Below the pieces are notes generated by a model. It was given only the letters and a program-made list of their open reading frames with translations, did not search any database and was not told the DNA's origin. From assembly GCA_016926075.1 (NCBI GenBank), contig JAFGPG010000001.1, positions 1 through 38,473 on the forward strand: a stretch of 38,473 nt of DNA, written 5' to 3'. Below are positions 1-8,452 of the stretch, in pieces; position 1 is the stretch's first letter; every line of letters begins with the position of its first letter. This DNA is from Methanomassiliicoccales archaeon. Its GTDB lineage: Archaea; Thermoplasmatota; Thermoplasmata; Methanomassiliicoccales; UBA472. The position numbers and the translations under genes were made by a program.

Positions 1-363
1 GCGGTGCACTCCTCCTCCTTCGACGACGTGCACAACGTGGGGGTGCCCTGCTCCTTCCTGATACATATGGACGGGAAGGTCGTCTATCACGCCGGCGACA
101 CCGCGCTCTTCGGGGACATGCGGTTGGTCGGAGAGGAGGCGCCGATCGACCTGGCCATGTTGCCGGTGGGAGGTACGTTCACCATGGGACTGAAGGACGC
201 GGTCAAGGCCATGGGGTTCCTGGGCGCCAAGAGGATGGTCCCCATGCACTACGGTACCTTCGAGGCCATCGCTCTGGCGGTCTCGGAGATAAGGGAGGCC
301 TGTTCTTGCGCCCCCTTCCAACTGATCGTGATGGAACCGGGGGGGCGCTTGGGGCTCGATTGA
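1..363 (+). CDS. Metallo-beta-lactamase-fold metal-dependent hydrolase (UPF0173-like), 5'-truncated
   Basis: Motifs HSSS, VYHAGDT, LPVGGTFTM, PMHYGTF; frame open at window edge. Confidence 0.85.
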   Translation, partial: AVHSSSFDDVHNVGVPCSFLIHMDGKVVYHAGDTALFGDMRLVGEEAPIDLAMLPVGGTFTMGLKDAVKAMGFLGAKRMVPMHYGTFEAIALAVSEIREACSCAPFQLIVMEPGGRLGLD

Positions 364-403
364 AGCAAACGTTTTATGTTCCGGGGGCATGGAGGAGGTT
401 GCC

Positions 404-1945
404 ATGTTGCACGGCGGAAAAGCGGCCCTGGCCCTGATGGCGCTCATGTTCCTGTTGGTCAGCCTCAGCCCCCTATCGCAGGCCGCCCCCCAGGACGTCT
501 CGGTCTGTCCGGTGGAGGACCAGCATCGCCTGGAGGCGGGGGACACGGCCTCCTTCCAGTGGGTCGTCTACAATAACGGGAGCAGTCCTCTTCTGCTGAC
601 CTTGGAGCTGGAGACCACCCTCCCTTCCAGGATGTCCTACCAGCTGGACCCTTACTACATCGTGCTGGGGCCGGGGGAGGGACGGGACGTCTATCTGAAC
701 GTCACCGCCGACCGGGACATGTACAACCTTATCCTCCAACTGGAGCTAGGGTTCATCATCGTGGACATGGTGGACGGAGGCAGCGCGCAGGAGACGTACT
801 GGGTGACGTTGGACGTCCGCGCCTTCTACGGTGAGCTGGACCGGGAGAACAAGGTCCTCGGCATCTGGGACAACTTCCTGCCCGCCCCCCTGGACGGGGT
901 TTGGGGGGCCTTCGGGGTCAGCGTGCTCCTGTGGTTGCTCATCGCCTACCTGGTCCTAGTGGTTCTGGGGCCCAGGGTCCGGCGTATGGCCGAGAGGACA
1001 GCCACGCGTTGGGACGATGTCCTGGTCGGGGTGCTCAGACAGCCGCTGTTCCTTTTCATATTGCTCTACGGCGCGATATCCTCCCTTCAGATACTGGGGC
1101 TCGACCCGGGGACGGTGTCGGACCTCGAACTCCTGTACCTGGTGGGGCTGGTGATCATCGGCGCCCTACTGGCCTATCGTTTGTTGGTCAGGATGGTGGT
1201 ATGTTTCGGAAGGGAGCGCTACCAGCGTAACGGCAAAGAAGGGACCTACAGCCTGGTCAGCGCGGTGGAGATGCTGGGGAAGGTGGTGATACCCGTGGCG
1301 GCCATATTCGTCCTCGCCGCCATGTTCGGACTGGACCTGACGGGGGCCGTACTGGGCCTGGGGTTCCTGGGGCTGGTCATCGGCTATGCCACGCAGTCCA
1401 CCCTCAGCAACTTCTTCGCCGGCCTGCAGCTGATGGTGGACCGGCCCTTCCGGGCCGGCGACCGCGTGCCCTTGGAGGACGGGCATGTCGCGGAGGTGCG
1501 CAAGGTCGGGCTGCGCATGACCACCTTATACGATCTGGACACCAACGAGCTGGTCATGGTGCCCAACAACCTGATCGAGAACCAGGTCATAGTGAACATG
1601 TCCGCCCCGGACATCCGCTTCAAGGTCAACGTCAAGGTGAGGGTGCCCCTGAACGAGGACCCGAAGAAGGTGGAGGAGCTGATGATGGAGGCCTCCCGGC
1701 TCACCCCCCAGATATTGCAGGGAGCGAACGCCCCTGTGGTTAGGGTGTCCGAGGTCAAGGATGGCAGGATGCTCCTGACCATCTTCATCTGGGTGGACAG
1801 TGTGTACGATCGACATATCGCCCGCACCGAGTATCGCGCCAACCTCTACCGCCTGTTCCGGGAGAACGGTGTGGAGTTCGCCTACCCACGCATGATGGTC
1901 TGGTTACACAGGGAAGGAGGGGAGGGCCCGCAAGAGGGGGCCTGA
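404..1945 (+). CDS. MscS-family mechanosensitive channel with signal peptide and N-terminal extracellular Ig-like domain
   Basis: C-terminal GYATQSTLSNFFAG..DRPFRAGDRV..VGLRMT..VPNN..VNMS and EFAYP MscS motifs; hydrophobic N-terminus; GGAGG SD before ATG 404 (ORF track starts 389). Confidence 0.9.
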   Translation: MLHGGKAALALMALMFLLVSLSPLSQAAPQDVSVCPVEDQHRLEAGDTASFQWVVYNNGSSPLLLTLELETTLPSRMSYQLDPYYIVLGPGEGRDVYLNVTADRDMYNLILQLELGFIIVDMVDGGSAQETYWVTLDVRAFYGELDRENKVLGIWDNFLPAPLDGVWGAFGVSVLLWLLIAYLVLVVLGPRVRRMAERTATRWDDVLVGVLRQPLFLFILLYGAISSLQILGLDPGTVSDLELLYLVGLVIIGALLAYRLLVRMVVCFGRERYQRNGKEGTYSLVSAVEMLGKVVIPVAAIFVLAAMFGLDLTGAVLGLGFLGLVIGYATQSTLSNFFAGLQLMVDRPFRAGDRVPLEDGHVAEVRKVGLRMTTLYDLDTNELVMVPNNLIENQVIVNMSAPDIRFKVNVKVRVPLNEDPKKVEELMMEASRLTPQILQGANAPVVRVSEVKDGRMLLTIFIWVDSVYDRHIARTEYRANLYRLFRENGVEFAYPRMMVWLHREGGEGPQEGA

Positions 1946-1956
1946 GGACGGTGAAG

Positions 1957-2031
1957 CGAGCGGGGAGGGATTCGAACCCCCGACCTGCAGCTTAGGAGGC
2001 TGCTGCCATATCCAGACTAGGCCACCCGCCC
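1957..2031 (-). tRNA. tRNA-Arg (anticodon CCT)
   Basis: Reverse complement folds as cloverleaf: acceptor GGGCGGG/CCCGCTC, anticodon arm GCAGC-CTCCTAA-GCTGC, T-loop TTCGAAT; CCA not encoded; upstream CCAAAACAATTTAAATA BRE/TATA-like. Confidence 0.97.
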
Positions 2032-2083
2032 GTGCGATGCGTTGATTGGGAATGGATTATTTAAATTGTTTTGGAAAGAGGGC

Positions 2084-2905
2084 TCACAGCTCCTCGGGGG
2101 CCTTCTCTTCCTGGGCCTCTTCAGCGGGTGTGACCGGTGCCTCCTCAGGGCTCTCCTTCTCCTCGGAGGGTGTGGCCGGTGCCTCCTCAGGGCTCTCCTC
2201 CTTCCTGAGGTACTCCTCGACCAGTTCCACGGTCACCTGACCGAAGACCTCGCGCAGGTCGGCCACCACCTTGTACTTGGAAAGCAGCCATCTCTGGTCG
2301 TACTTGCATACGTCTGGGAGGTAAAGCACTATCTTGCCCTCCTCCACCACCGCCCGGAAGCCCTCGCTGGTGTTGTAGTCCATCTCGCAGATGGCCAGGA
2401 CCTTGTCCGCGTCGTCATCGATCCTGTCCAGGACCGTGTAGTCGTACCTTAGGCTGTCGCCGGCGAAACGCCGGTTGAAGTCCACTCGGACCATACGATT
2501 GGTCACCGTGATAACGGTGCCCATGCGGTTCTTGATATTGACCTCCATCCCCGGTTCGGGGCGGATATCCTGCCTGAGGAACTCGCGCAGGGCGATGTTC
2601 TCCACGAGCTTGGGATCGCGGGCCCCGGCGGCCTTCTCCGGGGGGATCTCCGCGCTTCCCTGAACGCCCACCTCGGCGCCATCCAAGGCCTCGTCGAATC
2701 CGGCGAAGACCCTGCCGCCGCCTATCAGTATGGGCATGGGATGGTAGGTCAGTTCCTCGCTGAAGATGCCGGCCTCCTTGGCCTTCTCCTCGTTGGTGGT
2801 ATCGAAGAGCATGCCCCCTTCCACGAGGTATGCGTCGTAATCAACGTGTACGATGTCCCCTTTGGAGACCTTGATGGTCGCAGTTTCATCGGTCATGAGC
2901 TTCAC
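2084..2905 (-). CDS. Long-type archaeal FKBP peptidyl-prolyl isomerase (SlyD-like)
   Basis: KGDIVHVDY..LFDTT, GFDEAL, IPPEKAAG.RD, VRVDFN..FAG..L.Y, C-terminal domain and acidic tail; start may be 2896. Confidence 0.9.
   Translation of the reverse strand: MKLMTDETATIKVSKGDIVHVDYDAYLVEGGMLFDTTNEEKAKEAGIFSEELTYHPMPILIGGGRVFAGFDEALDGAEVGVQGSAEIPPEKAAGARDPKLVENIALREFLRQDIRPEPGMEVNIKNRMGTVITVTNRMVRVDFNRRFAGDSLRYDYTVLDRIDDDADKVLAICEMDYNTSEGFRAVVEEGKIVLYLPDVCKYDQRWLLSKYKVVADLREVFGQVTVELVEEYLRKEESPEEAPATPSEEKESPEEAPVTPAEEAQEEKAPEEL
2126..2199. repeat. 42-bp-period tandem duplication in the acidic tail of the FKBP gene
   Basis: gggtgtg(a/g)ccggtgcctcctcagggctctcct at 2126-2157 and 2168-2199 (31/32 identical); encodes ESPEEAP(A/V)TP twice. 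Confidence 0.9.
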
Positions 2906-3028
2906 CAGTAATCCTGATTAAGGCGGATTGGTTGAATGGTTCCCCATAATTATACCTTTTGGTAATTCCAGTCTCGCCTGCAGGCCGGAGCCTCGACTTC
3001 CTTGGGCCGTGAATGCTTGGGAACAGGC

Positions 3029-3622
3029 CTAGGACGTGTCGCCCAAGGGCAATACGTCCCTCTGATAAACGCCGTTCAACACCATGGCCAATGCGGTATA
3101 GATGGCCGATGCACCGCAGACGATCCCTATGAGACCGGCGATGGTGGTGATGTCCGATATTCCCGTGAAATCGCCCAAGGCCAGGACGAAGAAGAGCAGG
3201 GCCAGTGAGCCGAACACGAACTGGGTGGCCCGGTTGATCCTCAGGCTCCCGAAGAACATGAAGAAGGTGAACAGCCCCCACATGAGGAGATAGTAGCCCA
3301 TGGCCGTTCCATCGGCGGCCTCGGCCAGACCCAGCTCAGGCAGTATCAACAGTCCGACCAGGGAGAGCCAGAACAGACCATAGGACACGAACGCGGTGGT
3401 CCCGAAGGTGTTGCCCTTCTTCCATTCCATGACTCCGGCCAGGATCTGGGCCAGGCCTCCGTAGAAAATACCCATGGCCAGGATCATGCTGCCAAGCGCT
3501 ATGAACCCTGCATTGTGCAGGTTAAGCAGCACGGTGGTCATTCCGAATCCCATCAGCCCAAGCGGAGCCGGGTTGGCGGTGCAATCGACCAGAACCCTGT
3601 TCTCCGAACCCTCGCCCCTCAT
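3029..3622 (-). CDS. satP: Acetate uptake transporter, GPR1/FUN34/YaaH (SatP) family
   Basis: [15 protein letters not shown] signature, [16 protein letters not shown], about six TM helices; GGAGG SD before ATG 3622. Confidence 0.93.
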   Translation of the reverse strand: MRGEGSENRVLVDCTANPAPLGLMGFGMTTVLLNLHNAGFIALGSMILAMGIFYGGLAQILAGVMEWKKGNTFGTTAFVSYGLFWLSLVGLLILPELGLAEAADGTAMGYYLLMWGLFTFFMFFGSLRINRATQFVFGSLALLFFVLALGDFTGISDITTIAGLIGIVCGASAIYTALAMVLNGVYQRDVLPLGDTS

Positions 3623-3787
3623 GCCCTCCAATGACTCACCTGCTACGCGTAAAAATTTGTGCTTTATTAAATCATTGTCGGCATTCACTACGTTAATTGT
3701 CTACAATTTCCGACAAAGTGACGGAAAATTACGAATTTCGTTGACGGGGACCGTGGTCCATCGACACCTTACGCCCTCACCGGGGAC

Positions 3788-3805
3788 GTGAAAACGGTTA
3801 AATCC
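3788..3805 (+). promoter_or_regulatory. BRE/TATA promoter of tRNA-Thr
   Basis: GAAAACGGTTAAAT about 25 nt upstream of the tRNA 5' end. Confidence 0.6.
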
Positions 3806-3827
3806 TGTACACCGTTCCAGAGGTGAG

Positions 3828-3900
3828 GCCACCATAGCTCAGCTGGTGGAGCGGCTGACTTGTAATCAGCAGGTCGGGAGTTCGAATCTCCCTGGTGGCT
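3828..3900 (+). tRNA. tRNA-Thr (anticodon TGT)
   Basis: Acceptor GCCACCA/TGGTGGC, D arm GCTC/GAGC, anticodon arm GCTGA-CTTGTAA-TCAGC, T arm GGGAG-TTCGAAT-CTCCC; CCA not encoded. Confidence 0.97.
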
Positions 3901-3925
3901 TCCCTTTTCCTGAGGGGACGTTCGC

Positions 3926-4285
3926 CTACTGCCGGTCCAACCATACGGTGTCATGGTCCTTGAGGTCCACCTTCAACACCAATATGCGGAAGTCGTTCTC
4001 GATGACCGGGTTGCCGTGAACGTCCCCCGGCTCGCAGACCAGACAGTCGCCCTCTCTCATGACCGTTGGCTTTCCGTTGATGACGAAGGGGGCCGGACCC
4101 CTCAGGCAATAGAAGATCTCCCGGGTGACCTGGTGGAAGTGGAAGGCCACCCTGTCCCCGGCCTTGAACTCTACCTCCTGCATCATGACCCCATCCACCC
4201 CGATGTCCGCCGCCTCCAGCATTATGCGCTTGAGATAACCGTCCCCCCTGACCTCCCTGAAATCCTCGTGCGGTATGAGTCTCAT
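3926..4285 (-). CDS. Cupin-domain protein
   Basis: HFHQVTREIFYCLRG...GDCLVCEPGDVHG cupin metal motifs; ATG 4285 overlaps upstream stop (ATGA); real gene is the 3' part of ORF 3926..5023. Confidence 0.85.
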   Translation of the reverse strand: MRLIPHEDFREVRGDGYLKRIMLEAADIGVDGVMMQEVEFKAGDRVAFHFHQVTREIFYCLRGPAPFVINGKPTVMREGDCLVCEPGDVHGNPVIENDFRILVLKVDLKDHDTVWLDRQ

Positions 4286-5634
4286 GCCCTGTCCCTGACC
4301 GCATCGGAGATGCTCTCCTCCAGTATGTCCATCCCCCGCTCCAGGTTCCTCTCCTCGATGGTCAACGGAGGTATGAGCCGTATGCCGGAGCGACCGCAGC
4401 CCAGCAGCACCAGGCCTTTGTGGAAGGCCCTGGAGACGATGTCGTTGCGCAGCTTGACCGCCGGCTCCTTGCTCCTGCGGTCCTCCACGAACTCCAGGGC
4501 CCGCATCATGCCTAGTCCCCTCACGTCGCCCACGTTCTCGAAGCGCGCCTTGATCTCCTCGGACCGCTCGCGCATGACCTCCCCCTTTTTGGCCGCCTGT
4601 TGCACGACCCCTTCCTCCTCGATCACGTCCAGCGTGGCTAGTGCCCCCGAGCAGGCCAGACAGTTGCCGCCATAGGTGCTGGAGTGGGCTCCGGACTGTT
4701 TCCAATCCAGCTCCTTGCGGAACACCGTGGCGGCGATGGGCATGCCTGAGCCCAGGGACTTGGCCATGCAGACGATGTCCGGGTCCACCCCGAAGTGCTC
4801 CACCGCCCACATCCTGCCTGTCCTCCCCATCCCGGCCTGCACCTCGTCGTCGACGGTCAGGATGCCATGCGCCCGGCATATCTTGGCCAGCTCGGGAATG
4901 AACTCCCGGGGTGGAACGATGTACCCGCCCTCGCCCTGGACCGGCTCGAAGAACATAGCGGCCACCTCTTCCGGGGGCAGCAGGGCGTCCAGGTAGACCT
5001 CCTCCAGTATCTTGGCGCACCATATGCCGCAGGAGGGATATTCCAGATGGTATGGGCAGCGATAGCAGTAGGCATAGGGGATATGGGTCACCCCGGGCAC
5101 CAGCGGGAAGTAGCGGGCCCTCTGTACCCTCTTGCTGCAGGTCAACGACAGCGCTCCCTGTGTGCGGCCATGGAAGGCGCCGATGAAGGCGATGAACTGC
5201 TTCCGTCCAGAGGACCAGCGGGAGACCTTTATGGCCGCCTCGACGCTCTCCGTCCCGCTGTTGCTCAGGAAGACCTTCCTCTCCCCCCTACCGGGAGCCA
5301 CCCGGGCCAGTCGTTCCACCAGGCGCGACTGCACATCGTAGTAGAAATCGGTCCCCGCGAAATGTATCACCTTGGCCGCCTGGTCCTGAACGGCCCTGAC
5401 CACCTTGGGATGACAGTGCCCGATGTTGATGACGGAGACCCCGCTGGCGAAGTCCAGGAACAGGTTGCCGTCCACGTCCCAGACCAGTTCTCCTTGGGCC
5501 CTTTCCACGGCCAGGGGCGATGCCTTGGTCACCGTGGCCAGAAATCGTTCGTCCTTGTCTATGATCTCTCGGGCCTTAGGGCCGGGCAGGTCCGTGACCA
5601 CCTTCGGTACCTCATGTTCTCCTCTTTCGCTCAT
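4282..5634 (-). CDS. Class-III PLP aminotransferase (ornithine omega-/4-aminobutyrate aminotransferase-like)
   Basis: LPGPKA, DVDGN.FLDF, SNSGTESVEAAIK, FHGRT, EPVQGEGG, DDEVQAGMGRTG, MAKSLGSG. Confidence 0.9.
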   Translation of the reverse strand: MSERGEHEVPKVVTDLPGPKAREIIDKDERFLATVTKASPLAVERAQGELVWDVDGNLFLDFASGVSVINIGHCHPKVVRAVQDQAAKVIHFAGTDFYYDVQSRLVERLARVAPGRGERKVFLSNSGTESVEAAIKVSRWSSGRKQFIAFIGAFHGRTQGALSLTCSKRVQRARYFPLVPGVTHIPYAYCYRCPYHLEYPSCGIWCAKILEEVYLDALLPPEEVAAMFFEPVQGEGGYIVPPREFIPELAKICRAHGILTVDDEVQAGMGRTGRMWAVEHFGVDPDIVCMAKSLGSGMPIAATVFRKELDWKQSGAHSSTYGGNCLACSGALATLDVIEEEGVVQQAAKKGEVMRERSEEIKARFENVGDVRGLGMMRALEFVEDRRSKEPAVKLRNDIVSRAFHKGLVLLGCGRSGIRLIPPLTIEERNLERGMDILEESISDAVRDRA

Positions 5635-5676
5635 CGCTTATAATAGCGCATGACCGAATAAATGGCTTTGGAGTTC

Positions 5677-6363
5677 TCAGCCGCGGTTCTCGGTGGCCCT
5701 CTCCGCGCCCTCCAGTAGGCCGGAGAGGATGGAATAGGCCCTTATCATGTCCCTCTCGTGCACGATGAAGATGGTGTCCGTGTAGCAGGAGACGGTCTCC
5801 ACCATGTTCACGCCCTGCTCGGAGAGGTTGGATGCCAGATAGGAGAACACGCCGCTGGTCTCCCCTATCTTCTGCGGGCTTTTGACCGTTATCTCCACCA
5901 GGTCCTCCCGCACCTTGAGGACGTTGGTCTCCCCCACCTCGTTCACCACCTCGTGGCGCAACTTCTCGTCGGCGATGATGGTGATGGCCTGTGCCCCCTG
6001 TATGACCTGCATGAGGGCCTTCTGGTTGATGAGCTTGGCGAAGATGCGTTCCAGGCGCTGCAGCACCGTCCAGTCGTTGCTGGCGGTGACGATACTGATC
6101 TTGGTCTTGACCTCCAGCCGGCTGTCGGCAAGTATGGCCAGGATGTCCCTCTCGTGGTCCCTCTGGGAGAGCTTCTGGGCGTAGCGGCGGCAGGCGATCA
6201 TGACCGCTTCCTCGTTCTTGATGCCCAGGTCCTTCATGATCAGTCGTGCCAATGAGGAATAGTTGATGAGGTCCTTGGCCATGCAGTCCTTGACCGAAGG
6301 GTGGGCATCGATATAGGCGCGGGTCCTTTCCGCCACGCTCTCCTTGTGGGGGGATTCCTTCAT
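5677..6363 (-). CDS. ACT-domain protein with putative N-terminal HTH-like domain
   Basis: INYSSLAR..EAVMIACRRY helical N-terminus; C-terminal GVFSYLASNLSEQGVNMVETVSCYTD ACT motif. Confidence 0.8.
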   Translation of the reverse strand: MKESPHKESVAERTRAYIDAHPSVKDCMAKDLINYSSLARLIMKDLGIKNEEAVMIACRRYAQKLSQRDHERDILAILADSRLEVKTKISIVTASNDWTVLQRLERIFAKLINQKALMQVIQGAQAITIIADEKLRHEVVNEVGETNVLKVREDLVEITVKSPQKIGETSGVFSYLASNLSEQGVNMVETVSCYTDTIFIVHERDMIRAYSILSGLLEGAERATENRG

Positions 6364-6413
6364 CGCTTGCCCATAATCCGCGGCGATATATATTGTTTTA
6401 TTTCAGACATCCT

Positions 6414-7589
6414 TCAGCCGAGGAAATCGCGCATGGCCTGGTCCAAGGCATCGATGGACCCCTGGGAGACGATGAGCGGGGGCACCATCCGGACCACCTT
6501 GCCCGCGCTCACGTTGACCAGCAGTCCCTTGCCCAGCGCGTACCTCTGGAACTCGCGGGCCAGGTCGCCCATCTCCACCCCCACCATGAGTCCCTTCCCG
6601 CGCACATCGATGACCTCCTCATGCCCCGAGGCGATGGAGCGCAGCTCGTCCATCCATTTCTCCCCCATCTCCGCGGCCCGCTCCACCAGGGCGTCCCTCT
6701 TGAGCACATGGATGACCGCGTTGGCCGCCGCGCAGACCAGGGGGTTGCCTCCGAAGGTGGTGCCGTGCGTCCCCGGTGTGAATGTCCTGGCGATCTCGGG
6801 GGTGGAAACGATGGCCCCGATGGGGACCCCTCCCCCCAGCGCCTTGGCCAGGGAGATGACGTCCGGGACCACACCGAAATGCTGGAAGCCGAACCACCTG
6901 CCGGTGCGTCCCATTCCGGTCTGCACCTCGTCCACGATCATGAGCGCCCCCCGCTCAGTGCACAGGTCGCGTGCGGTGCGGAAGTACTCGGAGGAGGCCG
7001 GTATGACCCCTCCCTCCCCCTGCACGGATTCCAGGATGACCGCCGCGGTGTCCCCGTCCACCGCCCCCTTGATCGCCTCCAGGTCGTTGAAGTCGATGAA
7101 CTCCACGTTCTTGGAGAGCAGGGGCTCGAAGCCCTTCCGATGTTTGTCCTGGCCGGTGACGGACAGGGTGGCCGAGGTGCGCCCATGGAAGGAATTGCGA
7201 CAGGCGATGACCCGCCTACGCCCGGTGTGCTTGATGGCCAGCTTGAGGGCGGCCTCGTTGGCCTCGGCCCCGCTGTTGCAGAACATGGACCGGCCCAGAG
7301 GTGCGGGCACCACCGAGGCCAGGGCCTCCGCCAGATCGACCTGTTCCTTGATCTGATAGAGATTGGAGACGTGGATGAGGCGGGAGGCCTGCTCCGCAAC
7401 AGCCCTCACCAGATCGGGATGGGCATGGCCGAGGCAGTTCACGGCTATCCCGGCCACGAAGTCCACATAGCGATTACCTTCCAGGTCCCACAGGTGCTCG
7501 CCCTTCCCATGGGAGAAGCATATGGTCTCTCGTCCGTAGTTCTGGAACAGATAATATGAGCTCAGTTCCGCAACTTGTTTGCTATCCAT
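6414..7589 (-). CDS. argD: Acetylornithine aminotransferase
   Basis: GIAVNCLGHAHP, FCNSGAEANEAALK, SFHGRT, DEVQTGMGRTG, HGTTFGGNPL; operon with argCJB. Confidence 0.93.
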   Translation of the reverse strand: MDSKQVAELSSYYLFQNYGRETICFSHGKGEHLWDLEGNRYVDFVAGIAVNCLGHAHPDLVRAVAEQASRLIHVSNLYQIKEQVDLAEALASVVPAPLGRSMFCNSGAEANEAALKLAIKHTGRRRVIACRNSFHGRTSATLSVTGQDKHRKGFEPLLSKNVEFIDFNDLEAIKGAVDGDTAAVILESVQGEGGVIPASSEYFRTARDLCTERGALMIVDEVQTGMGRTGRWFGFQHFGVVPDVISLAKALGGGVPIGAIVSTPEIARTFTPGTHGTTFGGNPLVCAAANAVIHVLKRDALVERAAEMGEKWMDELRSIASGHEEVIDVRGKGLMVGVEMGDLAREFQRYALGKGLLVNVSAGKVVRMVPPLIVSQGSIDALDQAMRDFLG

Positions 7590-7599
7590 TTCGTTCGCC

Positions 7600-8448
7600 T
7601 CATAAGGTCAATTTGGTGCCTAGGTTCCTGCCGCTGAGCAGCTGGTCCACTATGGCGTTGGGGGTCGTCCCTTCGATGATGTGCGCCGCCCTCACCCCAC
7701 CATGCAAGGCCAGGAAGCAGGCCTCCACCTTGGGGATCATACCGTCCTTCAGAAGCCCTGACGCCATCATGGTCGGCAGGTCCGCCTCCCGTATCTCGGG
7801 TATGGTCGAGGTGGGGTCCTGGAGGTCCCGAAGCACGCCGGGCACCTCGGTCACCAGCACCAGGTCCCGGGCCCCTATCCCTGCGGCCAAGGCCGCCGCG
7901 GCGGTGTCCGCGTTCACGTTCATCAATCGCCCCTCTTCGTCCGCGCAGATGGCGTACACCACCGGTACGCAGCCCTGTTGGCACAGCAGCTCCACGGCCT
8001 TGGGCTCAACCTTGACCACCTGGCCCACGAGACCCAGGTCCACCGTCTCCGCACCGTTGGGGCCCTCGACGCGCAACGGTCCCATCCTGTGGGCCACCAG
8101 GGTGTTGAACTCGCTTCCGGCCAGGCCGATGCTGCTCAGTCCGGCCTTGCGCAGGGACATCACCACCCGGTCGTTGATGCGGGACAGAACGGACTTGGCT
8201 ATCTGCAGGGTGGTATCATCGGTGACCCGCAGGCCGGCCACCTTCCTGACCGGCAGGCCGCAGCGCCTCATCTCCTCGGAGATCTCGGGCCCCCCGCCGT
8301 GAAGGATGATCGGGGCCAGGCCTCGGTCCTTCAGCTCGGATATCTGTTCGGCGAAGAGATCGATGCGCTCCATCCCCCCGATGGACGAGCCTCCGAACTT
8401 CACCACAACCTTGTTCCCGACCGGACCGATACTGGACGCTGAGCTCAT
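7600..8448 (-). CDS. argB: Acetylglutamate kinase
   Basis: VVKFGG, HGGGPEI, GLRVTD, NVNADTAA, GMIPKV. Confidence 0.95.
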   Translation of the reverse strand: MSSASSIGPVGNKVVVKFGGSSIGGMERIDLFAEQISELKDRGLAPIILHGGGPEISEEMRRCGLPVRKVAGLRVTDDTTLQIAKSVLSRINDRVVMSLRKAGLSSIGLAGSEFNTLVAHRMGPLRVEGPNGAETVDLGLVGQVVKVEPKAVELLCQQGCVPVVYAICADEEGRLMNVNADTAAAALAAGIGARDLVLVTEVPGVLRDLQDPTSTIPEIREADLPTMMASGLLKDGMIPKVEACFLALHGGVRAAHIIEGTTPNAIVDQLLSGRNLGTKLTL

Positions 8449-8452
8449 TCCA

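Noticed and set aside
1957-3900. tRNA-flanked segment as an integrated element
   Set aside because: No integrase or duplicated tRNA 3' end seen; cargo is housekeeping and both tRNA 3' ends point outward
3926-5023. 365-aa ORF as aminotransferase-cupin fusion or frameshift
   Set aside because: The 5' part is an out-of-frame shadow of the aminotransferase; the cupin has its own ATG in an ATGA overlap
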